Below, piece after piece: positions 37,244-49,895 of a DNA stretch of 64,000 nucleotides. The position numbers and the translations under genes are program-made. The notes beneath the pieces are model-generated. The model was not told the DNA's origin, did no database searches, and worked only from the letters and a program-made list of their open reading frames with translations. The DNA is from Octopus vulgaris (Eukaryota): the NCBI GenBank assembly GCA_951406725.2, contig OX597825.1:31186001-31250000 (forward strand), written 5' to 3'. Numbering within the stretch: position 1 is the stretch's first letter; the number at the start of each line of letters is the position of its first letter.

Positions 37244-38149
37244 AACAATAAGTCTAGTAAGGTTTAATTTGGATCAACACATAAATAAAATGAGTTTCTT
37301 CAAGATTTAAGATATGCCACCCACTCTAGAATATGAACTCACAAAAAGCCTTCTATAGACACATGCCAGACATTTATCTCTACAGCTATTCGGAAGAAAA
37401 AGTGCTGAAACCAGAAGCAAAAAGTAAGACATTAAACCAAGATATGTTTTTATATAATTTTCCACTAACTGACAGAAATCAAATTTTAAAAAAAGATTAA
37501 AAAAACCCACAACAAACAAACCTAGTTTATTTAGTCTCTAGGTTGGTGATATAGTCCAAATATAAGTGGATGTTGTATTACTGCAAATATTGATCTTGGC
37601 AAGCTGGGACTGACAAGCAAAAGTGGTTAGAAAACAGAATAATGTCCAAAGAAACCGTCCGGCAAACACAAGTGACCTATGTCAGAGTGTGTATGTGTGC
37701 GTTTGCTTACATGCGTGCGTATGTGTTTATTTACATGTGTGCGTGTGTGTGTTTGTTTGTTTACATGTATGTGTGTGTGTGTGTCTGTGTGTGGAAGAGG
37801 GTCGGTAGAAACATTACTAACATATTAACATGACAGCCATGTATTTGTAATCTTTCAACATCCTCATTGTGAGCTGGTCTTTTGTACAGAAATAAATCTC
37901 GTTTTGCCGCAATTCACTAATTTGCAGCATCAATCATCAAATAAGCACCTTCAATGCAAATCATATGAACGGTAGGAAACAGAGCAAATGTCCCTGAAAT
38001 CCACAGTGTCACTGAGGTCACTTCTGATGACTTTAGCCCTCATTAGCATACCAAAATCAAAGGATCAAGATCAAAGCCCCTTGTTTGAGCAACATCCTTC
38101 TTCAATCCCCCAAAAAGTTTTGAACCCGACACTTTAGCTCAGCAGTATT

Positions 38150-38765
38150 TAAACCAGCCATATCCAGCCCAAATATACTACATTGTTATATGTTGAAACT
38201 GAGCAGATCTGACCTTTCACACCTACTCTACAGTGCCATTCTAAAAAAAACACACTCACATCACTGAAATCTCAAAACTATAAGATTAATTCAAATCAAT
38301 ATGAATAGGCGTAAGAGCGACTGTGTGGTAAGTAGCTTGCTTACGAACCACATGGTTCCGGGTTCAGTCCCACTGCTTGGCACCTTGAGCAAGTGTTTTC
38401 TACTATAGCCTCAGGTCCACAAAGGCCTTGTGAGCGGATTTGGTAGACAGAAACTGAAAGAAGCTCGTCGTATATATGTATATATATATGTATATAGATG
38501 AATGTATATGTTTGTGTATCTGTGTTTGTCCCGACCCCCACAACATCGCTTGACATCGATGCTGATGTGTTTACATCCCCATAACTTAGCAGTTCAGCAA
38601 AAGAGACTGATGGAATAAGTACTAGGCTTACAAAGAGTAAGTCCTGGGGTCGATTTGCTCGGCTAAAGGCAGTGCTTCAGCATGGCCACAGTCAAATGAC
38701 TGAAACAAGTAAAAGAGTAAATGAACATGACATTTGACAGAATAATCTAAATCTTAAAGGGCCAA
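38150..38765 (+). mobile_element. piggyBac-type MITE B split by SINE A
   Basis: TTTAAACCAGCCATATCCAGCC ... CAATATGAATA | SINE | CATTTGACAGAATAATCT ... TAAAGGG. Confidence 0.7.
38308..38720 (+). mobile_element. SINE family A (CORE-type), full length
   Basis: TGTGTGGTAAG...GGTTCAGTCCC...CACCTTGAGCAAGT...GAAACAAGTAAAAGAGTAAA. Confidence 0.9.
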
Positions 38766-38857
38766 AGGGATTAAACACATGTTGTGTAGTCTCCTTGCTG
38801 TATTTATTCCCAATACCTATTACTATAACAACCAGCCCCAGCATATTACAAGTATGT

Positions 38858-39247
38858 GGAGGCGCAATGGCCCAGTGGTTAGGGCAGCGGACTCGCAGTC
38901 ATAGGATCGCGGTTTCGATTCCCAGACCGGATGTTGTGAGTGTTTATTGAGAGAAAATACCTAAAGCTCCACGAGGCTCCGGCAGGGGATGGTGGTGATC
39001 CCTGCTGTACTCTTTCACCACAACTTTCTCTCACTCTTACTTCCTGTTTCTGTTGTACCTGTATTTCAAAGGGCCGGCCTTGTCACTCTCTGTGTCACAC
39101 TGAATATCCCCGAGAACTACGTTATGGGTACACGTGTCTGTGGAGTGCTCAGCCACTTACACGTTAATTTCACGAGGAGGCTGTTCCGTTGATTCGGATC
39201 AACCGGAACCCTCGTCGTCGTAAACGACGGAGTGCTTCCATCCATCC
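38858..39247 (+). mobile_element. tRNA-derived SINE family C
   Basis: TGGCCCAGTGG A box, GGTTTCGATTCCC B box, (TCCA)n tail, flanking ATTACAA(G/A)TAT repeat. Confidence 0.85.
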
Positions 39248-39830
39248 ATTACAAATATTCATTTTATTCAACCTGGAGGAACGAAATTAAAATTCTGTCT
39301 TACCAAAATTTGAACACAACACATTGGATGAAACTTTATTCATTTGATAATCCTGTATACAAAAATCTTGGAACCAGAAATATTTTTAGCTTTTTGGGAT
39401 TTCAGAATAATTGGAAATTTGCATCTACAAAATAGGAGAACTAGGAGGATATATATAAATGTGGAACTCTTTCTCCATTTCTATTTCCATAATAAAGCTT
39501 CTACACATACCATGAAGGCAGTTTTATATAAATCTGGCATCAGTCCACTTTGGTATAATATGCAACACTGGCACTTTTTTCTTCTTTTCTTTTATTTTAT
39601 TTCACTTGTATCAGTCATTGGACTGTGGCCATACTGGAGTACCACCTTAACAGGTTTCAGTTGAATAGACTGACTCCAATACATTTTCTAAGTCCAGTAC
39701 TTACTGTTTCAATATCATTACAGGGATGTAAACAAACCAATACTGGTTGTCAAGAGGTTGGGGAAATTACATGAAGATACACATGCATATATATAAAATA
39801 CATACACACATCTATATGTATGTATGTATG

Positions 39831-39876
<46 letters not shown>

Positions 39877-40104
39877 TATAATGTTTATTTAATTTAGTGA
39901 TTTTTTAAATAATATTTATTATAGTATATTTAAATTTTTCTATATGATATAGATAAAGTCTTTTATTATTGAATTACTTTATAGAGGTTATTTCTCTTAC
40001 TTATATACATATATTATATATTGTGAAATTTGATTTGGAATTGCTAAATTGAATTTTTCCCTGTAAGTTTGGAATTATATTCCCTACAATTATATATATA
40101 TATA

Positions 40105-40290
40105 TATTTCTTTACTACTCACAAGGGGATAAACACAGAGGGGACAAACAAGGACAGACAAATGGATTAAGTCAATTACATCGACCCCAGTGCGTAACTG
40201 GTACTTAATTTATCGACCCCGAAAGGATGAAAGGCAAAGTCGACCTCGGTGGAATTTGAACTCAGAATGTAACAGCAGACGAAATATGGC
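40105..40290 (-). mobile_element. SINE B (5'-truncated)
   Basis: TATTTCTTTAC...TTTATCGACCCCGAAAGGATGAAAGGCAAAGTCGACC. Confidence 0.85.
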
Positions 40291-40845
40291 TACTTTTCCC
40301 TACTTTTCCCTGCTTGTATAAGTCAGATAGAATTTGTTGAGGTAAATTTCTTATGGCAGGATGTCCTTCTTGTCACCAACCATCACCTGTTTCCAAACAA
40401 GGTTAATATTTTGATGATGATGATGATGATGATACTTGATTTTGTGGTCAGTCAGCCTGCTAAAAGTAGCACTCAAGCATGATTTTCATTCAAATCACAC
40501 AGTACCATCTTTGGAAATTCTGTTCTAGATCCTTGCACACCAGCATCAATGTCTGTGATGACACTGGTATCAAGTTCTTCTCACCCAAATCAGAAACATT
40601 CTTTATGGATAAACATAGGAAGCATGAGGAAAGAAGACTTATTTACATGCAAGAATGACTACCAGTGTCCTTCTGTTAATGAAAAAAAAACTGTGGTCTT
40701 GGGTTCAGTGACATCTCAGGCAAGTGTCTTCGAGTATAGCCCTGAGCTCACCAAAAACTTGTAAGTGGATTTGGTAGACAGAACCCAAAAGAATCCCATT
40801 GTGTATGGAAATGAGTTGCCAAATAAATTTGCATTTCATTTTTAA

Positions 40846-40926
40846 AGCTCTGACAAAGCTCTAAGGTGATGCAAAAGCACTCAGCTCTGACTGCATTGCC
40901 TCTTATCACAGAAACAGCTGTAAACT
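40846..40926 (+). ncRNA. Decayed hammerhead-like motif with extended stem II
   Basis: AGCT|CTGACAA|...GGTGATGCA..TGCATTGCC...|GAAA|CAGCTG|TA|AACT. Confidence 0.35.
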
Positions 40927-41274
40927 AATGAAGTTGATTGCATAATTTTCTGTTCCTTTCCCATTTATTTAATTTCATATATGTGTGCATGTGTATCTGC
41001 GTTTTATGTGTGTACATATGTATCTATGTGCTTGAGTCTGTGTTTGTGTTTACCACCCATCACCACATGACAACTGATATTGGCTCGTTAGTGCACCTGT
41101 AACTTTGCAGTTTGGTAAAAAGAGACCAATGGAATAAGGACCAGGTTTAAAGAGAAGTACAGGGGTTGATTTGCTCAACTAGACCCTTCTAGCTGGTGCT
41201 CCAGCATGGCAGCAGTCCAGTGACTGAAACAAATGGAAGGTAAGAGGCAAAAATGATACATGTTCAGAAGTGAG

Positions 41275-41470
41275 GTCAAGAGTGACCAAATGGAGGCCCT
41301 CCCTCCATGAAACAGAAAACAGAAAAAAAAATCTATTTCCTTGATATATTAAAAAAAAAAAGATGGGACGGTTGTGTTTGATACGATTTTCATCAAAGGT
41401 CTGCACAAACCAGGACTCTGACCTGTGGGTAAACAACAACAACGACAACAACAACAACAACAACAACAAC
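41275..41470 (+). mobile_element. (CAA)n-tailed interspersed repeat, probable SINE (related pieces at 40445, 42345, 42618, 58290, 58615 and 60965)
   Basis: Shared CTAGAAATAGCAGCC and GGTCTG...CTGACCT(G)GGGCTAAACAACAAC-like motifs in seven places. Confidence 0.6.
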
Positions 41471-41808
41471 ATCATGACGGACAATTAATGGTGGGGAAGA
41501 AAATAATTGATTTAATCAAGGCAAGGTTTAACAATAGTATAATTTAATTTTAATGATTCATTGGTGTTGAAAGGCAAATAACATCAAAGTCTCGCTTGAA
41601 GTGAATTTAATGGTTCTCATAATCCTTGCTTTTTTTTTTTTCCTTTTTTGTCTTTCTTTCTTCCTTTCTTTCTTTCTTTCTTTCTCTTTTGTTTTTCCTC
41701 TATTCAATCAAAATATTGTGTTTCATATTTTGATATATTGATTTCATATATGTGTGTGCCTGCCTGTGTATACTGTGTGCATACACAGACACAGACACAA
41801 ACATATAC

Positions 41809-41894
<86 letters not shown>

Positions 41895-43014
41895 GAAATG
41901 AAATCAATACGTATGATGCTTGATTTGTGTGCATATATATATTCATACACACACACACACACTCACGCATAATAAACACAACACTTCTGATTCAAAGACA
42001 GTGTTTGTAGTGACTTCGGAGGAGAAAGGTAGGATGGTCTGTTGTGGTGTGGTAGGTGTAGTTGTTTGTTGTGGTAGTGTGCACTGATGGTGCTGATAGT
42101 CTGCGATGGTATGGCCAGTTGGAGCAGCAGTGGTAGTAGTGATGACAATGGTGGTGGTGGCGGTGGTTGTCGTTGTTGTCATTACGGTGGAAGTGATGGT
42201 GATCATCATGGTGGTGGTGATGGTGGTGGTATGGTGGTGGTGGTGGTGGTGGTGTTAGTGGTGGTGGTGGTGGTGGTGGTGGTGGTGAGTGGAATTTTTG
42301 CTTTGCCACCGTAGCAAGCTATCAGTAGTAAGTCTGACTGTAATTTATAGCAGGTTATACCTGGTAGAAATAACAGCTAGATCTCCCTCAAACCAACACC
42401 ACCCTACCACCATCTTTTATTTAAAAAAAAAAAGGTAGGACACAGAGTAGATAACACATAAAAAGAAAAACAAACAAGATGGTCATGGCAGGAATGCTTT
42501 TATCATAGTTCTGCCCAATCAGGGTTTACCTACAGTTACACAACAACAACAACAATAACCATGATACATTGCTGACACTAATACTAACATGTACAACAGA
42601 ATACTAACAACAACATAAGGAAACTCCTATGTGGTTGCCTGGCCTGCTAGAAATAATACCTGAACATCACTCAGGTAGGTGTGTGCAAGAATAGAAAAAT
42701 AAAGGCTGGAATGACTTTGATCATATGTCAGTTCAATCAAGGCTGACCCAGGGCTAAACAACAATGAAAACAATAACAAAACAAATCAATTAACAACAAC
42801 AAAAACAATAACAACTATGGGTAATGATAGCAACACCAATTCTCACTCACAAGGAAAACAAAAGGACATCAATCACCGTAAGTCACAGCTAACAACAACA
42901 AACACAAATTCACTTCAAACATTAACCACATAAATCAACAAGTGACCACAACAACTGCAACAACAACAGCAAAAAGAAAAACACATCAACATTAACTGAA
43001 GCAAGAGTTTGTTA

Positions 43015-43146
43015 TACATAAATACATACATATACACATACATGCATACATACATACAAACATATATACATACATACATACAAACATACATACATACATA
43101 CATACAAACATATATACATACATACATACATACATACATACAAACA

Positions 43147-43180
<34 letters not shown>

Positions 43181-43780
43181 CATACATACATACATACATA
43201 CATACAAACATACATACATACATACATACATACATACAAACATACATACATACATACATACATACATACATACATACATACATACATACATACATACATA
43301 CATACATACATACATACATACATACATACATACATACATACATACATACATACATACATACATACATAGATACATACATACATACATACATACATACATA
43401 CATACAAACATACATACATACATACATACATACAAACATACATACATACATACATACATACATACATACATACATACATACAAACATACATACATACATA
43501 CATACATACATACATACATACATACATACATACAAACATACATACATACATACATACATACATACATACAAACATACATACATACATACATACATACATA
43601 CAAACATACATACATACATACATACATACAAACATACATACATACATACATACATACAAACATACATACATACATACATACATACATACAAACATACATA
43701 CATATATACATACATACAAACATACATACATACATAGATACATACATACATAGATACATACATACATATATACATACATA
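43015..43780. repeat. (CATA)n tetranucleotide array of about 770 bp with CAAA variants
   Basis: Directly visible; explains the 240-305 aa YVCM/IHTY ORFs. Confidence 0.98.
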
Positions 43781-44289
43781 AAGATACATAAACATCTATA
43801 TACAAAAGCATAAACATCAACAACAAAAACACAAGTTGAAATGTGTACTAAAAAAAAACAAAAACAACAACACTGACATTAACATTAAGAACAACAACAA
43901 GTAATATCGAAAGGTTACAATGTCACAGCATTGCACTTGCCTTTACTTTGATTAAACAATAAAGATTTTTTTTTGCTTAAACACAGATGCAATCTTTACA
44001 AGGGGAAAGGTTAGTTTGTTTTGCTTGTACCAGTCACCAGAGTGTGGCCATGCTGGTGCACCATCTTGAAGGGTTTAGTCAAATACATTGGACCCCACCA
44101 CCCAACCCCTCGATATTTACTTTCGAGTCATGTATTTGTTCTATCGGTGGCTTTTGCTGAACTCTGAAGATATAGGGATATAAACAAACCGACACCTGCT
44201 GTCAAGCAGTGGTGAAAATTCTGCTTTTGAACAGTTCCATCTAACCTATGCCAGCATAGAAAAAGCCAACATACAAACGAGAACAGCAA

Positions 44290-44448
44290 TAATGATGAGA
44301 ATGATGAGGATGATAATGACAATAATGGCAATGAAGATGATGATGATGATGGAGGAGGAGGAGGAGGAGGAGGAGGAAGAAGAAGAAGAAGAAGGAGGAG
44401 GAGGAGGAGGAGAAGAAGAAGAAGAAGAAGAAGAAGAAGAAGAAGAAG

Positions 44449-44479
<31 letters not shown>

Positions 44480-44480
44480 T
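44290..44480. repeat. (GAT)-(GAG)-(GAA) compound microsatellite
   Basis: Directly visible. Confidence 0.97.
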
Positions 44481-45072
44481 GATAAAAGTATGTGAGCACT
44501 GAATATACAATAAATATAATGGTTAATTACTACATTATTTCAGGACTCTAAGTTTCATGCAAACATTAATTTTTCTTTTATTTGCACTTGTTTCAAAGCA
44601 TCTGTGCAGGTATCAGCATGCACAGAACCTAAATAAACCAGTGGGTAAAAGCCAAAGTCGATCCTTATCACCTTCATTACTTTTTTTTACACTTTCTCTC
44701 CCGTTTTGATGAAGGATAACTGTCCAAAATGTCAGTTAGCCTCCTCCTCCTCATCATGACATACAGCATATTCCACTGAAATATTTCCATTAAATTTTGC
44801 AGATGCATGACATCAATGATTTCCTCAAATCAAAGTTTTTTTTTTGGTGGGAGATTTACCAAGGTCTTAAATGGATTTGAACTCTGAATGTAATGGTATG
44901 AAACTAAATACTCTTTGGTGATATTTAGTTTGCTCCTCTTCTGTTTCTGTTGCGTAATTGCGATTGTCTTTGTGTGGGGTGGGTTTGCAAAGGATTCCAG
45001 GTTGGCTGAATTATTGTCGGTGTCAAAGTGGGAGAGACAGGCAGACAGACAATTACAGATGGACAAAACAAG

Positions 45073-45111
<39 letters not shown>

Positions 45112-45689
45112 TGAGAGAGAGCGAAATGGACAGAGACAGAGATGACAGAAAGAGAATTAGAGGAAATATAGAAAGAGCAAATATAGATCAAAGAAAATTT
45201 CCAAAAGTTGCTGACTGACAAGGAAGTCTTCTGTTGATATGAATATAGCAACCAGCTGAATGGCACACACATACACACACACACACACACACATGCATAA
45301 GCATACATATAAACACATACATGAAGCTGTGTACACTAATCTACTTGAACACAGACAGCAAAAAAGCAGAGAGAGAGACAACATGGCTTTTTCTGTTACT
45401 TTCAATAAACTCTAGCAATGCAAAGTACAGCATTCCTTTTAATTTACCAAGACAACAGATTTCTTCAAAGATTGCTTTATTATCAAGTTACTTCATATTA
45501 TACCTGAAACAAAAGAAAATGGTCAAGAAGGAAAATAGGTGATCCTTTTGAAGGTTGCAGACATGATCAGCTTTGTTTACGCTTTTGGAAAAGTGTATTC
45601 TATTTGTGGTAATCAGCAGGAATGTTTCACCTTAACAGAGATTTTCCATGGAGTCAGAAAAATAAAATCATTTCATAGGCTTCAAACAG

Positions 45690-45905
45690 AAGATCTTCAT
45701 GTTTGTTCTACATGTTGCATGTGTGCTGGGTATCTTGGGAGCATTGGATCCCCATAAAAGCAAATTAACTGTGAGTCGAATGAAAGAAGAATCTGGATTG
45801 ACACTGAACGGAGCCTCAGTTGACTCATTTGTGATTAACAACTCTTCTAGCGATTCACTAGAATCTGTATTATTTTGTTAATTATTCAGTTGATGACATT
45901 CTCTA
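45690..45905 (-). pseudogene. Possible decayed hAT-superfamily transposase C-terminus
   Basis: Minus frame bounded by stops: LEELLITNESTEAPFS...LPRYPAHMQHVEQ, resembling a TEPP...PxFPCHTQAVER transposase motif recalled from memory; not searched. Confidence 0.4.
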
Positions 45906-46107
45906 CCTGTAATGAATCTATAAAATTTTACTGACTTAGGCACAGATGTGGCTGTGTGATAAGAAGCTTGCTTCCCAAAAACATGGTTCTGGGTTCAGTC
46001 CCACTGTGTAGCACCTTGGTCAAGCGTCTTCTACTAGAGCCTTGGGCCAACCGAAGCCCTGTGAGTGGATTTGGTAGACAGGATCTGAAAGAAGCTCATT
46101 GTATATA

Positions 46108-47211
46108 CAGGGTGCAGTGGGTAAATTGTCACCATTTCATAGTTTTAATTTCGCACATGCACATTGTTTGTTTTTGATTTTGTTGGCTACACAGTATAGT
46201 AGGGTCTGTTGGGCACCATCTATGAGAAAAACAGCACCATGACACAATTCACTGTGCCAGATATTTGAAAACAACATGCTGTACAGCTTAGCATTCATGC
46301 CAGAAGCTCCAATGTGAACACGTCTGTTTGGATGTCAATCTGAGGACAGTGCAATCTGAGGACATGTAGCGAGAGGGATAAAAATCAAGGAGTGATCACT
46401 AGTAATGTCAATGTTATGCCTCCATTCATCTTCCCATACGGCCTCACACTCAACACGGAGGCCTACATCAAGTGCCTGGAGAAGGTAGTGTTGCTCTGGG
46501 TGAAGCGGGTGGCTGCTGGAACACCCTATGTCTGGTAACAGCACTCTACACCATGCCACACAAACAAGAGAATCCAGTCATGGCTGTCAGACAATTTCTT
46601 ATTTCTTTACTGCCCACAAGGGGCTACACACAGAGGGGACAAGCAAGGACAGACAAAGGGCTTAAGTTGATTATATCGACACCAGTGCATAACTGGTACT
46701 TATTTGATCAATCCCGAAAGGACAAAAGGCAAAGTTGACCTTGTCGGAATTTGAACTCAGGACGTAGCAGCAGATGAAATATCGCTAAGCATTTCGCCTG
46801 GTGTGCTAACATTTCTGCCACCTCACTGCCTTTCAGACAATTTCTGCAACCATATCACCCCTAACATCTGCCCACCTGACTCCCCACACTGCAACCCCCT
46901 TGATTATTATGTGTGAGCACAGTTGAGCGAGAGACCAACAAAACTCTTTGTAACACCAAAGATGAACTGCAGGCAAGGATTATGACAGCATTCTCCAACT
47001 TAAACAAGGAGACCATCCAGAAGAGTGACAGGAGATTCCGAAGTCGTCTGGAAGCCGTGGTTGAAGCCAATGGCGATTTTATAGAATAAATTTACACTTT
47101 AAGTATTTCAAGATATTTTTATGTAATTTTGGTAAATATATCTGTTAAAATGAGATGTCAGTGTTACTTTCATTTCTGAGTAATTTACACAACAGTTCAT
47201 TCACCACACTG
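46108..47211 (+). mobile_element. maT/DD37D Tc1-mariner derivative, internally deleted
   Basis: TA|CAGGGTGCAGTGGGTAAATTGT ... ACAGTTCATTCACCACACTG; MPPFIFP...EAYIKCLE...NPLDYYV; 37 residues between the inferred 2nd D position (mutated in both copies) and the 3rd D. Confidence 0.85.
46600..46832 (-). mobile_element. SINE B with 13-bp TSD inside maT
   Basis: TCAGACAATTTCT at 46587-46599 and 46833-46845. Confidence 0.92.
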
Positions 47212-48531
47212 TGTGTGTGTGTGTGTGTGTGTGTGTGCACACGCATGTGTGTGTGTGTGTGTGCGTGCGTGTGCATGTGCATGTGTGCCAGTATGTCTGT
47301 GTTTGTCCTCTACTATCACTTGACAACTGATGTTGGCATGTTTTTGTTCCCATAACTTAGCGATTCAGCAAATGAAACTGATAGAATAAGTACCAGGTTT
47401 TAAAAAAAGTGCTAGGATTGATTTGTTCAACTAAAATTCTTCAAGATGATGCCCCAGCATGACCACCGTTTAATGAGTGATACAAGTAAAAGATAGAAGA
47501 GACGTAGTTTGGGGTTCAATCCTACAGCTTAGCATCTTGGGCCCATATCTTCAACGATAGTCCCAAGACAATCAAAATCTTGTGGTCGGACTGAGTAGAT
47601 GGAAACTAAAAGAAGCTTAGCTTATGACTGAAAGTGAGCCTAACAGTCTTTGGTGATCAAACAGGAGTCTTCAACAAAGATATTGATCATAATTGTATAA
47701 ATTAAAAGGGAGAAAACATTCTTTCTTTCTGTTCCCAGAGGAACAAGGAAAACTCTTGTAGTATCTTAGCTTCTTTCCTGATACTTTCTATATTCTTATG
47801 CAAAAAAGCGAAAATACTAAGAATATAAATATACAAAGAACTGCAACAGACACTGCAAAAACATATTGATTAGGAAAATATTTCGTAAGTAATAATTATG
47901 CAAATTACTATGGTATTTCGAGGTGGGGGAGAAATATTTTCAAAGAAATTTCTTTTTTAATTAAATGTAAAATATTCTGTTTTTTTGACATTATATATTT
48001 GTTTCTTTGTTTGAGAATTTCTGTGAGGTTCAGTTTGAACCATCTTCAGAATTAACTACAATAAAACAGTTTCTACTGAGTCAATATTCGCAGACAAACT
48101 GCACACTGTAAACATAGTTGCAAGGAATTTATCTCAAAAATATCGCAAAGTTGTCTATACACATACATACGTGCATGTGAATGTGAATTGAAGTGAGCTG
48201 CTCAAAAGCACACCACCAATGGAGTGATGGGAAAAGCTTGGTCTGCAACACTCGCAGGCATGAATATTTAATAAGAGCTTGGCTCATTAGTCACCAGCAG
48301 AGCCACAAGTATAAAGTATAATTTTATCTAAGTGCACAATGTGGTCAGTGACGGTCTTGCTTGATCGTGAGAGTCAGCCACCATGTATATATCCATATTC
48401 CAAGAACAAGGCTGTTGTTTTGCATCTAGGTATCTGAAATTTTGCATAGGAAATCATTTTCAAATGTAAAGCTAAGGTCTGTGTGGTGAAAGGTAGTAGC
48501 ACCAATGGCTGGGCATTCCACTAAGCAAACT

Positions 48532-48757
48532 TTAACCCTTTACCATTTAAACCAGTCGTATCTGGCCAAAATATCCTACTGGTTTTATGTTTAAACTGAC
48601 TGGATCTGGTCTCTCACACCTACCTTACAATATCCATCTAAAAATAAACAATTATGTCATTGAAATCTCAAATCTACAAGAAAAAGCATGACTAATTCAA
48701 ATGAATGTGAATAAATAAGTATTACATTTCACAAGGTAAACTGAACACTAAAGGGTT
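48532..48757 (+). mobile_element. piggyBac-type MITE family B
   Basis: TTAACCCTTTACCATTTAAA ... CACTAAAGGGTT. Confidence 0.85.
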
Positions 48758-48764
48758 TTCTAGC

Positions 48765-48812
48765 AAAAACTGTCCGACGAACGGCAACGTGAAACTCAGA
48801 GTAACAGGTTTT
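48765..48812 (+). ncRNA. Minimal type-I hammerhead-like motif (U4C variant), copy 2, in element 48761-48911 ending in (TA)n
   Basis: AAAAACTGT|CCGACGA|ACG-GCAA-CGT|GAAA|CTCAGAG|TA|ACAGGTTTT. Stem I 8/9 bp, GNRA-capped stem II, ACTC/GAGT stem III, GUA triplet; AATAAA about 20 nt downstream. Confidence 0.75.
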
Positions 48813-48908
48813 GTTGAATTTTCTGCTGCTTAAATAAAGCATATTATTCTACCACTGGTATTTGAGTACTCTTTTTTCCACCTTGTTTCACATTTATGTG
48901 TTTACTCT

Positions 48909-48950
<42 letters not shown>

Positions 48951-48994
48951 CAAGAGAGCAGTGCATGTCATCTATTATTATTATCATTATTACT

Positions 48995-49740
48995 AGAGAT
49001 ACAGTATGAATGAAAGTTTGGAGAAGGGAAGTGGCAGGGACAGTAGCGAAACATCTTCATGTAATACAACGCAGACATTTAAACTGATAGGATTTTTCTA
49101 AGGATGTGGGCAGTACTTGTCAGCACAATTGTTTGGATTTCTCTGAGATATGGTTCTCCTGGGATGTTGTCTAGATGTTTCTGACATTCCTTTTTTAATT
49201 ATGCCAAGGACACCTACAATAACAGGAACAATTTTTACTTTAAGATGCCACATCTTTTTTATTTCAATTTCCAGGTCCTTATTCTTTTACTTTTCTTTCT
49301 TTTCTTTTACTTGTTTCAGGCATTTGACTGCGGCCATGCTGGAGCACCGCCTTTAGTCGAGCAAATCGACCCCGGGACTTATTCTTTGTAAGCCCAGTAC
49401 TTATTCTATCGGTCTCTTTTGCCGAACCGCTAAGTGACGGGGACGTAAACACACCAGCATCGGTTGTCAAGCAATGCTAGGGGGACAAACACAGACACAC
49501 AAACACATACACACACATACATATATATACATATATACGACAGTTTCCGTCTACCAAATCCACTCACAAGGCATTGGTTGGCCCAGGGCTATAGCAGAAG
49601 ACACTTGCCCAAGATGCCACGCAGTGGGACTGAACCCAGAACCATGTGGTTGGTAAGCAAGCTACTTACCATACAGCCACTCCTGTTTACTATTTACTAA
49701 GTTTGTCAAATTCCTTTACAGATATATTTTTATCACTTAT
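48995..49740 (-). mobile_element. R4/Dong-clade non-LTR retrotransposon 3' end (restriction-like endonuclease), split by SINE A
   Basis: SDKNISVKEFDKLSK|KDLEIEIKKMWHLKVKIVPVIVGVLGIIKK...STAHILRKILSV*; (TTA)n on both flanks. Confidence 0.8.
49284..49685 (-). mobile_element. SINE family A, full length
   Basis: Reverse complement of the 38308 copy. Confidence 0.9.
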
Positions 49741-49801
49741 ACTTATTAGCTTACAAGTATTATAATTATTATTAGTACTATTATTATTATTAGTACTATT
49801 A

Positions 49802-49840
<39 letters not shown>

Positions 49841-49849
49841 GTACTATTA

Positions 49850-49895
<46 letters not shown>

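Larger units (their letters stand above)
45939..47500 (+). mobile_element. SINE A split by a maT transposon
   Basis: Head at 45939-46107 ends in TATA; (TG)n and the 3' half resume after 47211. Confidence 0.8.

Noticed and set aside
45480-45910. Two minus-strand splice-acceptor-like sites (near 45503 and 45906) suggesting host exons
   Set aside because: Stops occur within 10 codons in all frames; the segment is better explained as a decayed transposase fragment.
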